Positions 20,919-31,709 of a stretch of DNA of 64,000 nt are shown piece by piece (position 1 is the first letter of the stretch; each line of letters begins with the position of its first letter). Location: the NCBI GenBank assembly GCA_963727895.1, contig CAVSHT010000009.1:372482-436481 (forward strand). The letters are read 5' to 3'. Under the pieces are notes generated by a model. That model saw only the letters and a program-made list of their open reading frames with translations. It was not told where the DNA came from and did no database searches. Source of the stretch: an uncultured Methanosarcinaceae archaeon. GTDB taxonomy: Archaea; Halobacteriota; Methanosarcinia; Methanosarcinales; Methanosarcinaceae. Made by a program: the position numbers and the translations under genes.

Positions 20919-21062
20919 TTATTATTATTTTAGAAATTAATTACTTTTTAATAAATTAGGAATTTTCAATCGCACTCAACCCCTAACAACTTTTATTTTA
21001 ATAAAATCATATAAGTAAAGTTATTTATTGTGATTTGAAATTCCATAATTGATCAGATCTCT

Positions 21063-21305
21063 TTTAGAAATGCATTTTAATAATTCACCTTATTTTGTTT
21101 ACACGTAGTTTGTCTTACCATTCTCTGATTTTTCTTACTGAAATTTAGAAATGCATTTTAATAATTCACCTTATTTTGTTTACACGTAGTTTGTCTTACC
21201 ATTCTCTGATTTTTCTTACTGAAATTTAGAAATGCATTTTAATAATTCACCTTATTTTGTTTACACGTAGTTTGTCTTACCATTCTCTGATTTTTCTTAC
21301 TGAAA
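21063..21305. repeat. Perfect tandem repeat, 3 x 81 bp, non-coding
   Basis: Unit TTTAGAAATGCATTTTAATAATTCACC...TTTTTCTTACTGAAA starts at 21063, 21144 and 21225; no spacers; stop codons in all six frames. Confidence 0.97.
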
Positions 21306-21727
21306 TCATCCGGTTATGAAATATTTATATATTTTTAGGTACAGGTTATAATTAGCAAATCAAGTTTTCTTGAGTTGTTCTGTAAAGTGCCATTAAATCT
21401 CCTTAAATCTGCAGACTCCGTAGTAAATTTGTCTTTAAACCTCCATTGTTTTTCTATTTAATTTAGAGATTTTCAGGTTAGAGCTGGATACTCATTCTGT
21501 TTTTGTTTTCTTATATTGCCAAAAAAAGAGTTAAGTAAGAAATAAAAAAGCTAAGGTTCCTCGTATTTAAGCCCAAAGTTTATCAGTTGATAAGCTAATT
21601 ATGCAGGGAATCTAATAGCTGAAAAAAATTATACAACATACTTAGCTTCTGAATAAATGTATGAAGAGATATACATCACTTGTTTTTATATCTATTTCCA
21701 GGTTTATCGGAAATTTTGGTGAGAAAT

Positions 21728-23341
21728 ATGGCTGATACAATTCACTGGGCAGACGTCATAGCCGGAGACGTATTAAAAAAGAAAGGAAAACATCTTGTTG
21801 CTACAGGCATTACTCCGTCTGGACATATCCATATAGGCAACATGAGAGAAGTTGTAACTGCCGATGCTACATATAGAGCACTGATAGATAAGGGAGCAAG
21901 TGCCGATTTTATTTATATTGCTGATAATTATGATCCTCTTCGTAAAGTTTACCCATTTCTTCCAGAGAATTATGCTGAACATGTAGGAAAACCCATATCC
22001 GAAATTCCCTGCCCATGTGGAAACTGCGCAAACTATGCCGAGCATTTTCTAAAACCTTTCCTGGAAGCCCTAAAAAAACTGGGAATCAATCCTCAGGTTT
22101 ACAGGGCAGATGAAATGTATAAGACAGGAAAATACACTGAAGCAATAAAAACTGCCCTTGTTAAAAGAGACGAAATTGCAAAAATCCTGGAAGAAGTTTC
22201 GGGTAAAACCGTAGCACCAGATTGGAGCCCCTTTAATCCCAGATGCGATCAATGTGGAAAGATCACAACCACAAAGGTTACAGGTTTTGATCTGGAAGCC
22301 GAGACCGTGGACTATATTTGCACATGCAGTCATTCTGGAACCGTACCCATGGCAGGAGGAGGAAAACTCACCTGGCGCGTTGACTGGCCTGCTCGCTGGT
22401 CAGTTTTAGGAGTGACAGTAGAGCCTTTCGGGAAGGATCATGCTTCTAAAGGTGGTTCTTACGATACCGGAAAAAGAATAGTAAAAGAAATTTTCGGGCA
22501 TGAACCTCCATATCCTATTGTCTATGAATGGATAATGCTTGGAAAACAGGGAGCAATGTCTTCATCTACAGGAGTCGCTATTTCGATTACGGACATGCTA
22601 GAAGTTGTTCCCCCTGAAGTTCTTCGCTATCTGATTATTCGAACAAAACCTGAAAAACATATTCAGTTTGATCCAGGGCAGCCTCTCCTAACTATCGTTG
22701 ATGAATACGAAAAGCTTAGAACTCAGTTCAAAGAAAATGATCCTTCACTTGGAGATTTTCAAAAGAGAGTGTATGAACTTTCCAGGGCAACAGGTATCTG
22801 TCAGTCCGAAATTCCTTTCAAGCAAATGGTGACTATATATCAGGTAGCAAGGGGAGATTTTGACCAGATCTTGAAAATCGTAAAACGTTCAGGCTTTTCA
22901 ACTGAAGACAAAAAATGTATAAAAGAACTGATAGACAACGTTTCCAAATGGCTCAACCTTTATGCTCCACCTTTTGCCAAATTCAATGTAAAAGAGAAGG
23001 TACCTGTGCAGGCTGCAACTCTATCTGAGCTCCAGAGAGCTTTTCTTTCAGCTTTTGCAGCACTTATTGAATCCAGAAAGGAAATCAGCGGAGAAGAATA
23101 CCATATGCTGATATATTCTGCAAAAGACGAAGCTTCCGAACTTAACAGGCGGATTAGAGAAAAACTGAATAACTCTGCTTCAAAAATAGATCCAAAGGAA
23201 CTTTTCAAAGCAATCTATATATCACTACTGGGGCAGAATTATGGTCCCAAAGCAGGATGGTTCCTGTCTTCTTTTGAGAAAGAATTCCTGGTAGAAAGGT
23301 TTAAAGAAGCTTCAATTTACAGTCCTGAAAAACAAGCATAA
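21728..23341 (+). CDS. lysK: Lysyl-tRNA synthetase, class I
   Basis: [20 protein letters not shown] (HIGN), [20 protein letters not shown] and MSSS motifs. Confidence 0.95.
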   Translation: MADTIHWADVIAGDVLKKKGKHLVATGITPSGHIHIGNMREVVTADATYRALIDKGASADFIYIADNYDPLRKVYPFLPENYAEHVGKPISEIPCPCGNCANYAEHFLKPFLEALKKLGINPQVYRADEMYKTGKYTEAIKTALVKRDEIAKILEEVSGKTVAPDWSPFNPRCDQCGKITTTKVTGFDLEAETVDYICTCSHSGTVPMAGGGKLTWRVDWPARWSVLGVTVEPFGKDHASKGGSYDTGKRIVKEIFGHEPPYPIVYEWIMLGKQGAMSSSTGVAISITDMLEVVPPEVLRYLIIRTKPEKHIQFDPGQPLLTIVDEYEKLRTQFKENDPSLGDFQKRVYELSRATGICQSEIPFKQMVTIYQVARGDFDQILKIVKRSGFSTEDKKCIKELIDNVSKWLNLYAPPFAKFNVKEKVPVQAATLSELQRAFLSAFAALIESRKEISGEEYHMLIYSAKDEASELNRRIREKLNNSASKIDPKELFKAIYISLLGQNYGPKAGWFLSSFEKEFLVERFKEASIYSPEKQA

Positions 23342-23343
23342 AC

Positions 23344-24024
23344 GTGAATAAATTGAACAGTCATAACCCCCAAAACATTCAAATAAGTTCTGCAAAGAAT
23401 CATTTTCTTGCATGGGATAGAGAATATGCCCATCTAAAATGGGGTGGGCCTGCACCTCTCCAGAATATTCAGTCTTATCTTTTGCCCAACTCCAGAGTTC
23501 TTGATGCAGGTTCAGGAAATGGTAGATATCTTGGAGAGCTTGCAAGACATTATAGAGCAATTGGAATTGATATTTCGTTAACTGCTCTAAAAGGTTCCAG
23601 AACTCAGCTTGCAAGAAGCAACAGATTTGCTGAGCACCTCAGAGCAAGTATCCTTAATCTTCCCTTCAAAGTTCAGGTTTTTGATGGAATTCTCTGTTAT
23701 GGAGTACTCCAGCACCTCTTCAAAGAAGAAAGGGAATTTGCAGTCAAAGAATTCAGTCACGTACTCAAAGAGGGGGGAGTTATCTTTTTAGAAGCATTCG
23801 GCTGTGAAGATATGCGCTGTGGAGGAAGAAATTCAATTCCTTTTGAAGAGACGACTTTTACCCGACAAAATGGAATAATCTACCACTACTTTACCAAAGA
23901 GGAAGTTAAGACTCTTTTTGAAGGATTTGAAATTATAGAAATAGAAGACATAATGAAAGAAAAAAAGTTTAAAGGAAAAGCCTACAAAAGGCATCTGGTA
24001 AGAGGAATATTCCGGAAACTTTGA
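23344..24024 (+). CDS. Class I SAM-dependent methyltransferase
   Basis: VLDAGSGNGR motif I, GIDIS, FDGILCYGVLQHL and LKEGG. Confidence 0.87.
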   Translation: MNKLNSHNPQNIQISSAKNHFLAWDREYAHLKWGGPAPLQNIQSYLLPNSRVLDAGSGNGRYLGELARHYRAIGIDISLTALKGSRTQLARSNRFAEHLRASILNLPFKVQVFDGILCYGVLQHLFKEEREFAVKEFSHVLKEGGVIFLEAFGCEDMRCGGRNSIPFEETTFTRQNGIIYHYFTKEEVKTLFEGFEIIEIEDIMKEKKFKGKAYKRHLVRGIFRKL

Positions 24025-24129
24025 GTTTATTTTGGAGTAAATCTTGACAAAAACTTATTAGAAAAAAATTTTTGATAAAATTTACCCCATAATTTTCATC
24101 ATTCATACGGTCGTTTTATTTACTTGCTT

Positions 24130-24387
24130 TTACATGAAGGCTATTTTCAGATAATTCAGTACAATTATGACAAGTGCACCAAAAATGCCTCCTATGGCAC
24201 AGACAAGAACTGCAACCCAAGTAATTGCAATTTCAAGCCCGAGTAAAAGTTTTGCCGCCATTAATATTAAAACCCCAAGTACTGCATTTATTGCGAGGCT
24301 AGTTGCAGTCTTCAGGATTTTGTATAAAAGGAAGGCTGCCATAATTGCCAATAACAGTACAAAAATTTCAATAATTCCAACTACCAT
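24130..24387 (-). CDS. Small membrane protein, BofA (pro-sigmaK processing inhibitor)-like family
   Basis: 85-aa hydrophobic ORF with LAINAVLG and AIGGIFGAL patterns. Confidence 0.65.
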   Translation of the reverse strand: MVVGIIEIFVLLLAIMAAFLLYKILKTATSLAINAVLGVLILMAAKLLLGLEIAITWVAVLVCAIGGIFGALVIIVLNYLKIAFM

Positions 24388-24528
24388 ATGTTATAGGTAG
24401 GGGCTCAACTTATTTATAATTATCATTGAGTTTTATAATACAGTTATAAGGTCAAAGTTTTAAATTAAAGGACTCAGCAGGATACTTAACGCCTTTTCTT
24501 TAAAAAAGGTTAATACCAGGTTTTTCTC

Positions 24529-24987
24529 TTAGAGACTTCTAATAAACTCAGTAATAATATTTTTAAGTGAATGTTGATCTTGATAAACTTTTAAGATAAG
24601 TAAAGCGTCAGGATTTCCCAGTACCATTGCCGAAACTGCTGCATTCGGACTGTAAAGGCAGAGTACAGGAATTCCCTGGACAAGCGCTCTGCAAATTTCG
24701 TAACCCACCCCCGTAGAAGGAACTGTAACTTCTGCTATCAGAGCATCGCTTTTTACAAGCAACCTCATATCCCTGGAATATATCTCTTCTTCTGTCATTC
24801 TCATTTCTACGTTTTCCAGTTCTGGATCCACAACGTGCCAGCTGAGCACTTCAGCCCCTGCTTTCTCCAGAGTATCAAACATAAACCTATATGTTTCAAG
24901 CAGTTGCCTTCCTCCGCGGATAGAACCAGATAGAAAGATTTTGGGACTTCTTTTTTCCAAAACTCTTATTTTCTCCAAATTTTCCAT
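24529..24987 (-). CDS. Nucleoside 2-deoxyribosyltransferase / DNPH1 (RCL)-like N-hydrolase
   Basis: [17 protein letters not shown] and [18 protein letters not shown] motifs; AGGTGA RBS before the ATG at 24987. Confidence 0.85.
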   Translation of the reverse strand: MENLEKIRVLEKRSPKIFLSGSIRGGRQLLETYRFMFDTLEKAGAEVLSWHVVDPELENVEMRMTEEEIYSRDMRLLVKSDALIAEVTVPSTGVGYEICRALVQGIPVLCLYSPNAAVSAMVLGNPDALLILKVYQDQHSLKNIITEFIRSL

Positions 24988-25029
24988 AGCTTCTTCACCT
25001 TTTAATCCGTTTTTCAGCAATTTCAATAT

Positions 25030-27576
25030 TTACTGCACACCTCTGAAATAATGCCCATTAGTAAAGCCTTTTCCAAGCTTTTCGCAACTTTCTCTTCCCC
25101 GATTTCCAGTTTCGAGATAATTATCAATCGTATTCCTGTAAGCTCTGGTTACCGTTCTGATTTCATCTGGATTTTCCATACCAAGAGTCTCGATCCTGAG
25201 ACTTAAAACTCCGCTTTCAAGGATTTCAGGAACATATTCAAGCATACAAAGCGATCTTGAGTTAAGGAGATGCATCCTGCATTGATAATCCATTAGAAGA
25301 GGAAACTCATAGTGTTTTTCGTCTACAAGCGTAAAAGTTCCTGATCTGCAGGGAGCACTACATTTCCCTTTATTGTTTCCAAGCAGCCCACCTGTAAGGC
25401 AGTGTTCAGATTCCATCAGTTCAAGCCTACCATGAACTATACATTCTGCAGGCCCATAAGAAACAACTTTTTTTAATTTTTCAAGAGTCAACTCTGGAGA
25501 AATTACAGCCAATTGAGCCCCTTCCTGTAAAAGAAAAGAAAAAGTATGGCTGTTAAAGATGTTTAGAGGACTATCAACAATGAAAGGAATATTTCTGGAT
25601 TTTGCAAGGTTCAGAGTCCCCAGATTTGACACAATAACACCATCAACTCCCCGTTGCATTACATAAGAAAGAGTTTTTTCTAAGGACTCCATTTCAGAAT
25701 CTTTCACAATCTTCGGGGTGATGAAATAGATTTTCTTTCCTGCATTTTGCGTTTCAGTTACAGCTTTCTCGAAAATAGAATGAAGCTCCTGTGCAGAGTC
25801 TCTTTTTTGCCCTGTTGCATCAGGTCCCCTGAAAAGCCCCTCACCAAAATAGATTCGATCAGCTCCACCTGCAAGTGCTCCTTCAAGTCCTTCAAGGGAA
25901 TAAACAGAAACTGAAAGCTGAGGAAGCATTGTTTCGTGAATGGTTTTACCTGCCTCCTTTTCTGTTCGTTTGAATGATTCAAAGAACTGAGAAGAAAACT
26001 GAGATACATCGCAAGGTTTACGTTTCCATATAGCAATTCTAAGGTTTTCAAGCTGATTTATTGCTTTTGTCCTCAACTCGTTAAGCTGACCCATAGGAAC
26101 AAAAACATCTCCTTCTACAATAACATGGAGTTCAGCAGCCTCAAAAAGTGTAGTTCCAAGTTTTGAAAGTTGTGTTTCTATCCTGACCTTTGAAGTAGGC
26201 TGCTTTTCAGCCTTCTCGACCAGATATTCAGACTCAACCATAACTGCATTTGAATCTCTGTCTTTTACCTCAAGCCTGACAGGACATCCTGGTGCAACAG
26301 TTGCCTTGATGAAAACAGGGATTTTAGGCCTCAAGCTTCCAGATCCACTTTCTTTTTTGAGAGAATCCATTAGCTTTTTGTCATGCGTCCTGTAAACTGT
26401 GCTTTTAGATGGTGCTTTTGAGTCAAAGGGAATCTCTACTGTATCTCCTGATCCTGCACTGTATACAGGACCCTTTCCTGTATACATTGAAGATATGATT
26501 TTTCCTTTATCTTCGGATCTGGTTTCTGCATTTTCAACCATAATCCCGTCTCCTAAGCGGAGAGGTCTTGAAAGTCTAATATGTATAAGATTTGAATGTA
26601 TGTCATATCCTATAACCATACCTGCCGGAACTCCACGGTTGTGAGGATTTTCTCTACTCATAAGTTCCCAGAGAGGGTTTTCAAAAAAGTAACCCTGAGT
26701 AAAACCCCTATTAAAGAGCTGGGTAAGTGTTTCCTGTTCATCTTCAGAAATGAAATACTCTGCAGGATTTTTAATATACCTGTCAATCAGGCGGCGGTAG
26801 ATCCTGACAACGCCTGCAACATACTCAGGTCTTTTCATCCGACCTTCGATTTTGAACGATTCAATCCCAGCTTCGATAAGAGCTCCCAGGCCAGAAGTTG
26901 TGTTAAGGTCTTTTGGGCTTAAGAGATAGCTTCCAATTGTTTTGATTGGCTTTCCTTCACAGTATAGCCTGTACTTTTTACGGCACGGCTGGGCACAGAA
27001 CCCCCTATTTCCACTCCTTCCACCTATAAGACTGCTCAGTAAACATTGCCCGGAATAGGAAATGCAGAGAGCCCCATGTATGAAAACCTCTATTTCGGTC
27101 CCAGTTATTTCTTTTATCCTTTTGATCTCTTCAAGCGAGGACTCACGTGCAAGAACAGCCCTTTCTATTCCCAATTGTGTTACAAATTCAACCCCTTTGC
27201 TATTATGCAAAGTCATCTGTGTGCTCGCATGCAGCGGAAGGTCAGGCAGAAATTTTTTTGCAAGCGAGATAAGCCCGATATCCTGAATTATTATTGCATC
27301 AGTTCCGATTTTTCTCAACCACGAAAGTAGCTTAAGGGCATTTTCTAATTCTTCTTCTTTAAGTAGAGTATTTACAGTTACGTAAACCTTCACGCCTCTT
27401 AGATGAGCATAATCAACAGCTTCTTCAAGTTCATTATCTGAGAAATTTGAGGCGTATCCCCGAGCACTGAAAGCTCGAGCTCCGAGGTATACGGCATCTG
27501 CTCCATTTTCTACGGCTGCAACAAAAGCTTCCATGCCGCCTGCCGGGGCAAGCAGTTCCGGTTTTTCAGGCATCAT
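25030..27576 (-). CDS. Peptidase U32 family protein with DUF3656 (RlhA-like; probable Fe-S RNA hydroxylation enzyme)
   Basis: ELLAPAG, GADAVYLG, HASTQM, HGALCISYSGQC, GNRGFCAQPCR and KIEGRMK motifs; long C-terminal extension. Confidence 0.9.
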   Translation of the reverse strand: MMPEKPELLAPAGGMEAFVAAVENGADAVYLGARAFSARGYASNFSDNELEEAVDYAHLRGVKVYVTVNTLLKEEELENALKLLSWLRKIGTDAIIIQDIGLISLAKKFLPDLPLHASTQMTLHNSKGVEFVTQLGIERAVLARESSLEEIKRIKEITGTEIEVFIHGALCISYSGQCLLSSLIGGRSGNRGFCAQPCRKKYRLYCEGKPIKTIGSYLLSPKDLNTTSGLGALIEAGIESFKIEGRMKRPEYVAGVVRIYRRLIDRYIKNPAEYFISEDEQETLTQLFNRGFTQGYFFENPLWELMSRENPHNRGVPAGMVIGYDIHSNLIHIRLSRPLRLGDGIMVENAETRSEDKGKIISSMYTGKGPVYSAGSGDTVEIPFDSKAPSKSTVYRTHDKKLMDSLKKESGSGSLRPKIPVFIKATVAPGCPVRLEVKDRDSNAVMVESEYLVEKAEKQPTSKVRIETQLSKLGTTLFEAAELHVIVEGDVFVPMGQLNELRTKAINQLENLRIAIWKRKPCDVSQFSSQFFESFKRTEKEAGKTIHETMLPQLSVSVYSLEGLEGALAGGADRIYFGEGLFRGPDATGQKRDSAQELHSIFEKAVTETQNAGKKIYFITPKIVKDSEMESLEKTLSYVMQRGVDGVIVSNLGTLNLAKSRNIPFIVDSPLNIFNSHTFSFLLQEGAQLAVISPELTLEKLKKVVSYGPAECIVHGRLELMESEHCLTGGLLGNNKGKCSAPCRSGTFTLVDEKHYEFPLLMDYQCRMHLLNSRSLCMLEYVPEILESGVLSLRIETLGMENPDEIRTVTRAYRNTIDNYLETGNRGRESCEKLGKGFTNGHYFRGVQ

Positions 27577-27884
27577 TAAATGAGACTAGAGAGTCTGCCC
27601 TTAATTAAACTTTGGCATCCTCTTCACTTATCTATAAATTAAAAGTTTCATTAAGGTTTCAAGAAATATAAGAAAAAACTGGAATAAAAAGATGGAATAA
27701 AAAGACTGGGGATTAATAACTCGGAAAGGGATAAAAAGAATAGAACCCATCAGAAGGAATTCCCCCATAATCCGGAAAATTTTCTAGAGGATTAATGTCT
27801 TGAATAGCTTTCTACTACCTTAAAAAAGAAGAAAAAAGAAATAAATTGAAAATTTACAGGATAACTTGGATGCTATGTTCTGGT

Positions 27885-28286
27885 TTATGCTTTCGGACCT
27901 ATTATCCAATTCACAGTCCTTGCGACTTTTTCATCTTTTGAAGCTTCACAGAGCATCTTTCCATCAGGAATGTGGCATTCACAGGAGTAGCTGAGTTTGT
28001 CTGTTTTTCCCACGTATCTGAAGTGTAGTTTACAGTACCCTTCCTTACACCCAAATCCGTACTTAACCCAACCTTCAATATCTGCTCCGCCTTCACAACT
28101 TCCTTCACATGCAATTAGTTCAAAGCTCTTTTCTTCATAAGATTCGATTTTAGCTGGAGCTGGACGACCTTTTTTGAATTTCCCTTTCTCAATTTTCTCA
28201 GCTTGAAGAACAAGATCTTCTCCAGTGTTGTTGAGAATTTTCAACTGCAAACCCTCAAGAAATTCCATAGTTTCGGCTTCTGACAT
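27885..28286 (-). CDS. Small Cys-rich protein with an aegerolysin/Cry34-like beta-sandwich pattern
   Basis: Pattern LKILNNTGEDLVL...GKF....PAKI......F.......GGADIEGWVKY...CKLHF.......SYSC, recognised by eye only. Confidence 0.5.
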   Translation of the reverse strand: MSEAETMEFLEGLQLKILNNTGEDLVLQAEKIEKGKFKKGRPAPAKIESYEEKSFELIACEGSCEGGADIEGWVKYGFGCKEGYCKLHFRYVGKTDKLSYSCECHIPDGKMLCEASKDEKVARTVNWIIGPKA

Positions 28287-28554
28287 ATATATCCCCAAAT
28301 AAATGATCCAGATAAGAATTCCGTATAAGAAATTGCCTCTAAGAAATAAAAAAGTATCTATAAGTATCTAGAAGTGAATGAATAAAAATCAAAGAGAAGA
28401 AAAAACTAGATCAATCGGGACCTCAAAAAAATTTCAAAAAATATTGGTAAGAGCGAAAAAAACGAAAACAGCATTTTCTGCATGATAAAGTGACACAATC
28501 TTTTCCAAAATCTCTTTTTCATTCTCACTCTATCTTTTTTGCTGCTTATGTAAT

Positions 28555-29376
28555 TTAAAGCCTTACAGGAATTTCCCGATCTCGAAGGTATTCTTTTACT
28601 TCCTTGATTGAATACTCTCTGAAGTGGAAGATGCTCGCCGCAAGGGCAGCATCGGCTTTCCCAATTGAAAATCCTTCGTAAATGTGCTGAGGGTTTCCGA
28701 CACCTCCTGAAGCTATAATCGGGATATCAAGCTCTTCGGAAAGTTTTCTTGTAATAGGTATGTCATAACCTGCACAGGTGCCATCCCGATCCATACTTGT
28801 GAGCAGGATTTCTCCTGAGCCCAATTCTTCTGCCCTTCTTGCCCACTGTACAGCATCGATTCCTGTAGATTCCCTTCCTCCGTAGATTACAACCTCATAC
28901 CAGGCAGGAGTTCCGTCCTCGAGTTCCAGAATAGTTTTGTCTGGGTTATTCTTTATGTCGGTATTTCGCCTGCAATCAATTGCAGTCACAATACACTGAG
29001 ATCCAAATATCTTGGAAGATTCTTTGATGAAATCTGGATTCTTGACAGCAGATGTGTTAACTGAAACCTTATCTGCTCCGGCCCTGAGAATCTGACGAAT
29101 TGCATCAGTGGAGTTTATTCCTCCTCCAATAGTAAGAGGAATGAAAACTTCATCTGCAGTCCTTTCAATCACATCAATCATAGTTTCCCTGCCATGAGCC
29201 GAAGCTGTAATATCCAGAAAAACAAGTTCATCTGCACCCTCTTCGTTGTAACGCTTGGCAAGTTCCACAGGATCTCCGGCCTCTTTCAGATCCACAAATT
29301 CAATACCCTTTACAACACAGCCACCCGCTCTGTCAAGAGTCACATCAAGGCATGGTATTATTCTTTTAGTGAGCAT
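28555..29376 (-). CDS. hisF: Imidazole glycerol phosphate synthase subunit HisF
   Basis: [38 protein letters not shown] and IASGGVG motifs. Confidence 0.97.
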   Translation of the reverse strand: MLTKRIIPCLDVTLDRAGGCVVKGIEFVDLKEAGDPVELAKRYNEEGADELVFLDITASAHGRETMIDVIERTADEVFIPLTIGGGINSTDAIRQILRAGADKVSVNTSAVKNPDFIKESSKIFGSQCIVTAIDCRRNTDIKNNPDKTILELEDGTPAWYEVVIYGGRESTGIDAVQWARRAEELGSGEILLTSMDRDGTCAGYDIPITRKLSEELDIPIIASGGVGNPQHIYEGFSIGKADAALAASIFHFREYSIKEVKEYLRDREIPVRL

Positions 29377-29654
29377 CTACGGAATAATAAATTTAACTGT
29401 TATTAAAAGCTTATTGAAATCAAGCCAATGGAAATATTAGATAGCGATTTCTAAAGATAATAGAAAATCTAAAGATAATAGAAAATAGATTTAAAAGAGA
29501 AATTGTATGAAATAGACTGTTAAAAGAAAAAACTACATGCTACAGACTGCTATGAGAATTAAAATCCGATTTTTTGCAGACTGACAAGACATGACTAAGC
29601 AAAGTTAAGCTAAAATCTTAAAACTTGAAAAAAATATATGAGATTCAATTGGTT

Positions 29655-30119
29655 TTAACTGAAAATGTTTATTACACGAGCGCCTTCAAGTCTTGACATT
29701 TCGATTTCAGAACTTTCAAGCACCTTTTTTCGAACTCTAATCGGAGCTTCAACACGCAGAGCAAGAGCAATGCAATCACTTGGCCTTGCATCAAATTGCA
29801 TGACACAATTATCCTTTCTTATCAGAAGACGTGCATAATAGATTTTGTCTACCTTTTCATCAATCAATGCACCCTCAATTTTTATGTTGAGCCTGTCGAA
29901 AATATTGAGTATAAGGTCATGAGCCATAGGTCTTGGTGGAGAAACTTTTTTAATCACGTTTCCTATTGAAAGAGCCTCTAGATGTCCTATATATATCGGA
30001 AGCATATTCCCCTGCAGATCTTCAAGAAGCACTACAGGAGTTGGATCTGTAAAAACATCAACTATATAGACATCTTTAACTCGAATTTCTTGAAAATCCT
30101 CATAGAAGTTGATGCTCAT
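29655..30119 (-). CDS. Bifunctional nuclease family protein (DUF151)
   Basis: LPIYIGHLEA, PPRPMAHDL and DARPSDCIALALR motifs. Confidence 0.9.
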   Translation of the reverse strand: MSINFYEDFQEIRVKDVYIVDVFTDPTPVVLLEDLQGNMLPIYIGHLEALSIGNVIKKVSPPRPMAHDLILNIFDRLNIKIEGALIDEKVDKIYYARLLIRKDNCVMQFDARPSDCIALALRVEAPIRVRKKVLESSEIEMSRLEGARVINIFS

Positions 30120-30223
30120 ATTTAATAAATAACTTCACACTTATTAATACCTTATTTAATTTTTTTGAATATATTAAAAATGAGGATTATAACTCAAGTT
30201 TAGTCCATTTATGACCAGAGAGT

Positions 30224-30973
30224 TCAGCATTCCAAACCTTTTCGAAAGCCATGTTTTCCGAGAAGGGGAACAAAAATAACTTCTCCTTTTCTCTTTTTAT
30301 GTATACGGCCTTTAATATCTTTTTTCACTTTGTATAATTCCTGGAAATAATCCCCTACAGGAATAACCATTATGCCTCCAGACTTCAACTGTTCCAGCAA
30401 AGGCTCAGGGATATAAGGAGCTGCACATGTCACAATTATTCTGTCGTAGGGAGCACACTCAGAGTAACCCATTGATCCATCCTCAAGTACCACTGTGACA
30501 TTTTTGTACCCTGTTTTTGTCAGATTTTCTTTTGCAAAGTTCGCAAGGGCTTCAATACGTTCAACAGTATATATATGTCCGTTTCGTCCTACGATTTCTC
30601 CCATCACTGCAGCATTATATCCTGAACCTGTCCCTATTTCCAGGACTTTATGCCCTTCTAAAAGCTCAAGGAGTTCACACATAATCGCAACCATATGAGG
30701 GGCAGATATTGTTTGCCCGTGACCGATATCAAGGGGTCTGTCCATATAAGCTACTCTTTGCTCATATTCCAGAACAAATTTATGCCTTGGGACACGGAGC
30801 ATAGCCTCGCGAACTTTATCTCCCAGCAACAGGTAAGCCCCAAGATTATCTATGAGGCGTCTGTGCATCGTTTCTAGATTTTCTTCCTCTTCTATTTCTC
30901 GTTTATTTTTTCCTTTACCACGGCCCTCTTCGGAAATCACGCTGACCCGAACCTTCCCATTTCTTTCTCGCAA
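30224..30973 (-). CDS. pcm: Protein-L-isoaspartate O-methyltransferase (start uncertain)
   Basis: [31 protein letters not shown] and [12 protein letters not shown] motifs. Confidence 0.94.
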   Translation of the reverse strand: MRERNGKVRVSVISEEGRGKGKNKREIEEEENLETMHRRLIDNLGAYLLLGDKVREAMLRVPRHKFVLEYEQRVAYMDRPLDIGHGQTISAPHMVAIMCELLELLEGHKVLEIGTGSGYNAAVMGEIVGRNGHIYTVERIEALANFAKENLTKTGYKNVTVVLEDGSMGYSECAPYDRIIVTCAAPYIPEPLLEQLKSGGIMVIPVGDYFQELYKVKKDIKGRIHKKRKGEVIFVPLLGKHGFRKGLEC

Positions 30974-31550
30974 AAATCCTTTTTACGTATTTTGCAAGTA
31001 CAACATCGCCTTTTCTGGATCTAAATGCCCCATCTCTCACTTTGATTTTCGTGATGAAAAGGCGCTTGTTCCCCACTTTTTCTTCGTTTCCTATAACAAA
31101 TTCATAATCTCCAGGTACGCGTTTTTCAATTACTTCGGTTTTTTCAATTCCTGATTGCGCGGAAAATTTTATAGTTACCTCATCAATGGCTCTGCCCCAG
31201 ATAGTTTCGATATCTTCTGCCTTGGCGATCTGGACTCTTTTTCCTCCTGCATCAAGAGCAGTAATCAGGATCGGCACTACCATTCCTGTTTCTTCGGCAT
31301 CTACAACCATCTCATCGTCTAACTGAAGAACAGTCTTGGAATCAAGTTCAGTCTTATAAGTGTTTGAAATGTCCATCTTGTTAACTATCACTTTCAATCC
31401 GACGGATTTGGGGGTTTTAATTTTCGCTGCATGCACCTGACCGCAATCTACACAACGAACAATGGGGCTTTGCCCCTCTTTCAAAACCTCATGCTCCACT
31501 TCTTCTTCCGGGGAACATGAAGGGCACTCAACTTCAATATTTCTCATCAT
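30915..31550 (-). CDS. Archaeal zinc-finger protein (HVO_0476-like)
   Basis: ECPSCSP...HEVLK...[10 protein letters not shown]-terminal zinc finger; commonly found next to pcm in euryarchaea. Confidence 0.75.
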   Translation of the reverse strand: MMRNIEVECPSCSPEEEVEHEVLKEGQSPIVRCVDCGQVHAAKIKTPKSVGLKVIVNKMDISNTYKTELDSKTVLQLDDEMVVDAEETGMVVPILITALDAGGKRVQIAKAEDIETIWGRAIDEVTIKFSAQSGIEKTEVIEKRVPGDYEFVIGNEEKVGNKRLFITKIKVRDGAFRSRKGDVVLAKYVKRIFARKKWEGSGQRDFRRGPW

Positions 31551-31672
31551 GATCTGATCAATAGATGGATTCGAGATACTAAATACTTAACTTCTCCGGT
31601 GATGTTTTTCCAAAAGGTATACCAGCTAGAATTTGCGATCAAAAGTTTTATTATAACAGAGTACATAATAGA

Positions 31673-31708
31673 CATCTCAGAAATGAGATGCGTCTCAAAA
31701 ATAAGACG
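31673..31708. promoter_or_regulatory. Two abutting 18-bp palindromes, candidate operators upstream of ribK/rbkR
   Basis: CATCTCA-GAAA-TGAGATG (31673-31690) and CGTCTCA-AAAA-TAAGACG (31691-31708), between a TATA-like TTTTATTA (~31646) and the GTG start at 31710. Confidence 0.7.
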
Positions 31709-31709
31709 G

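Noticed and set aside
21063..21305. Possible CRISPR array
   Set aside because: Units are 81 bp, identical and contiguous, with no unique spacers; no cas genes in the window.
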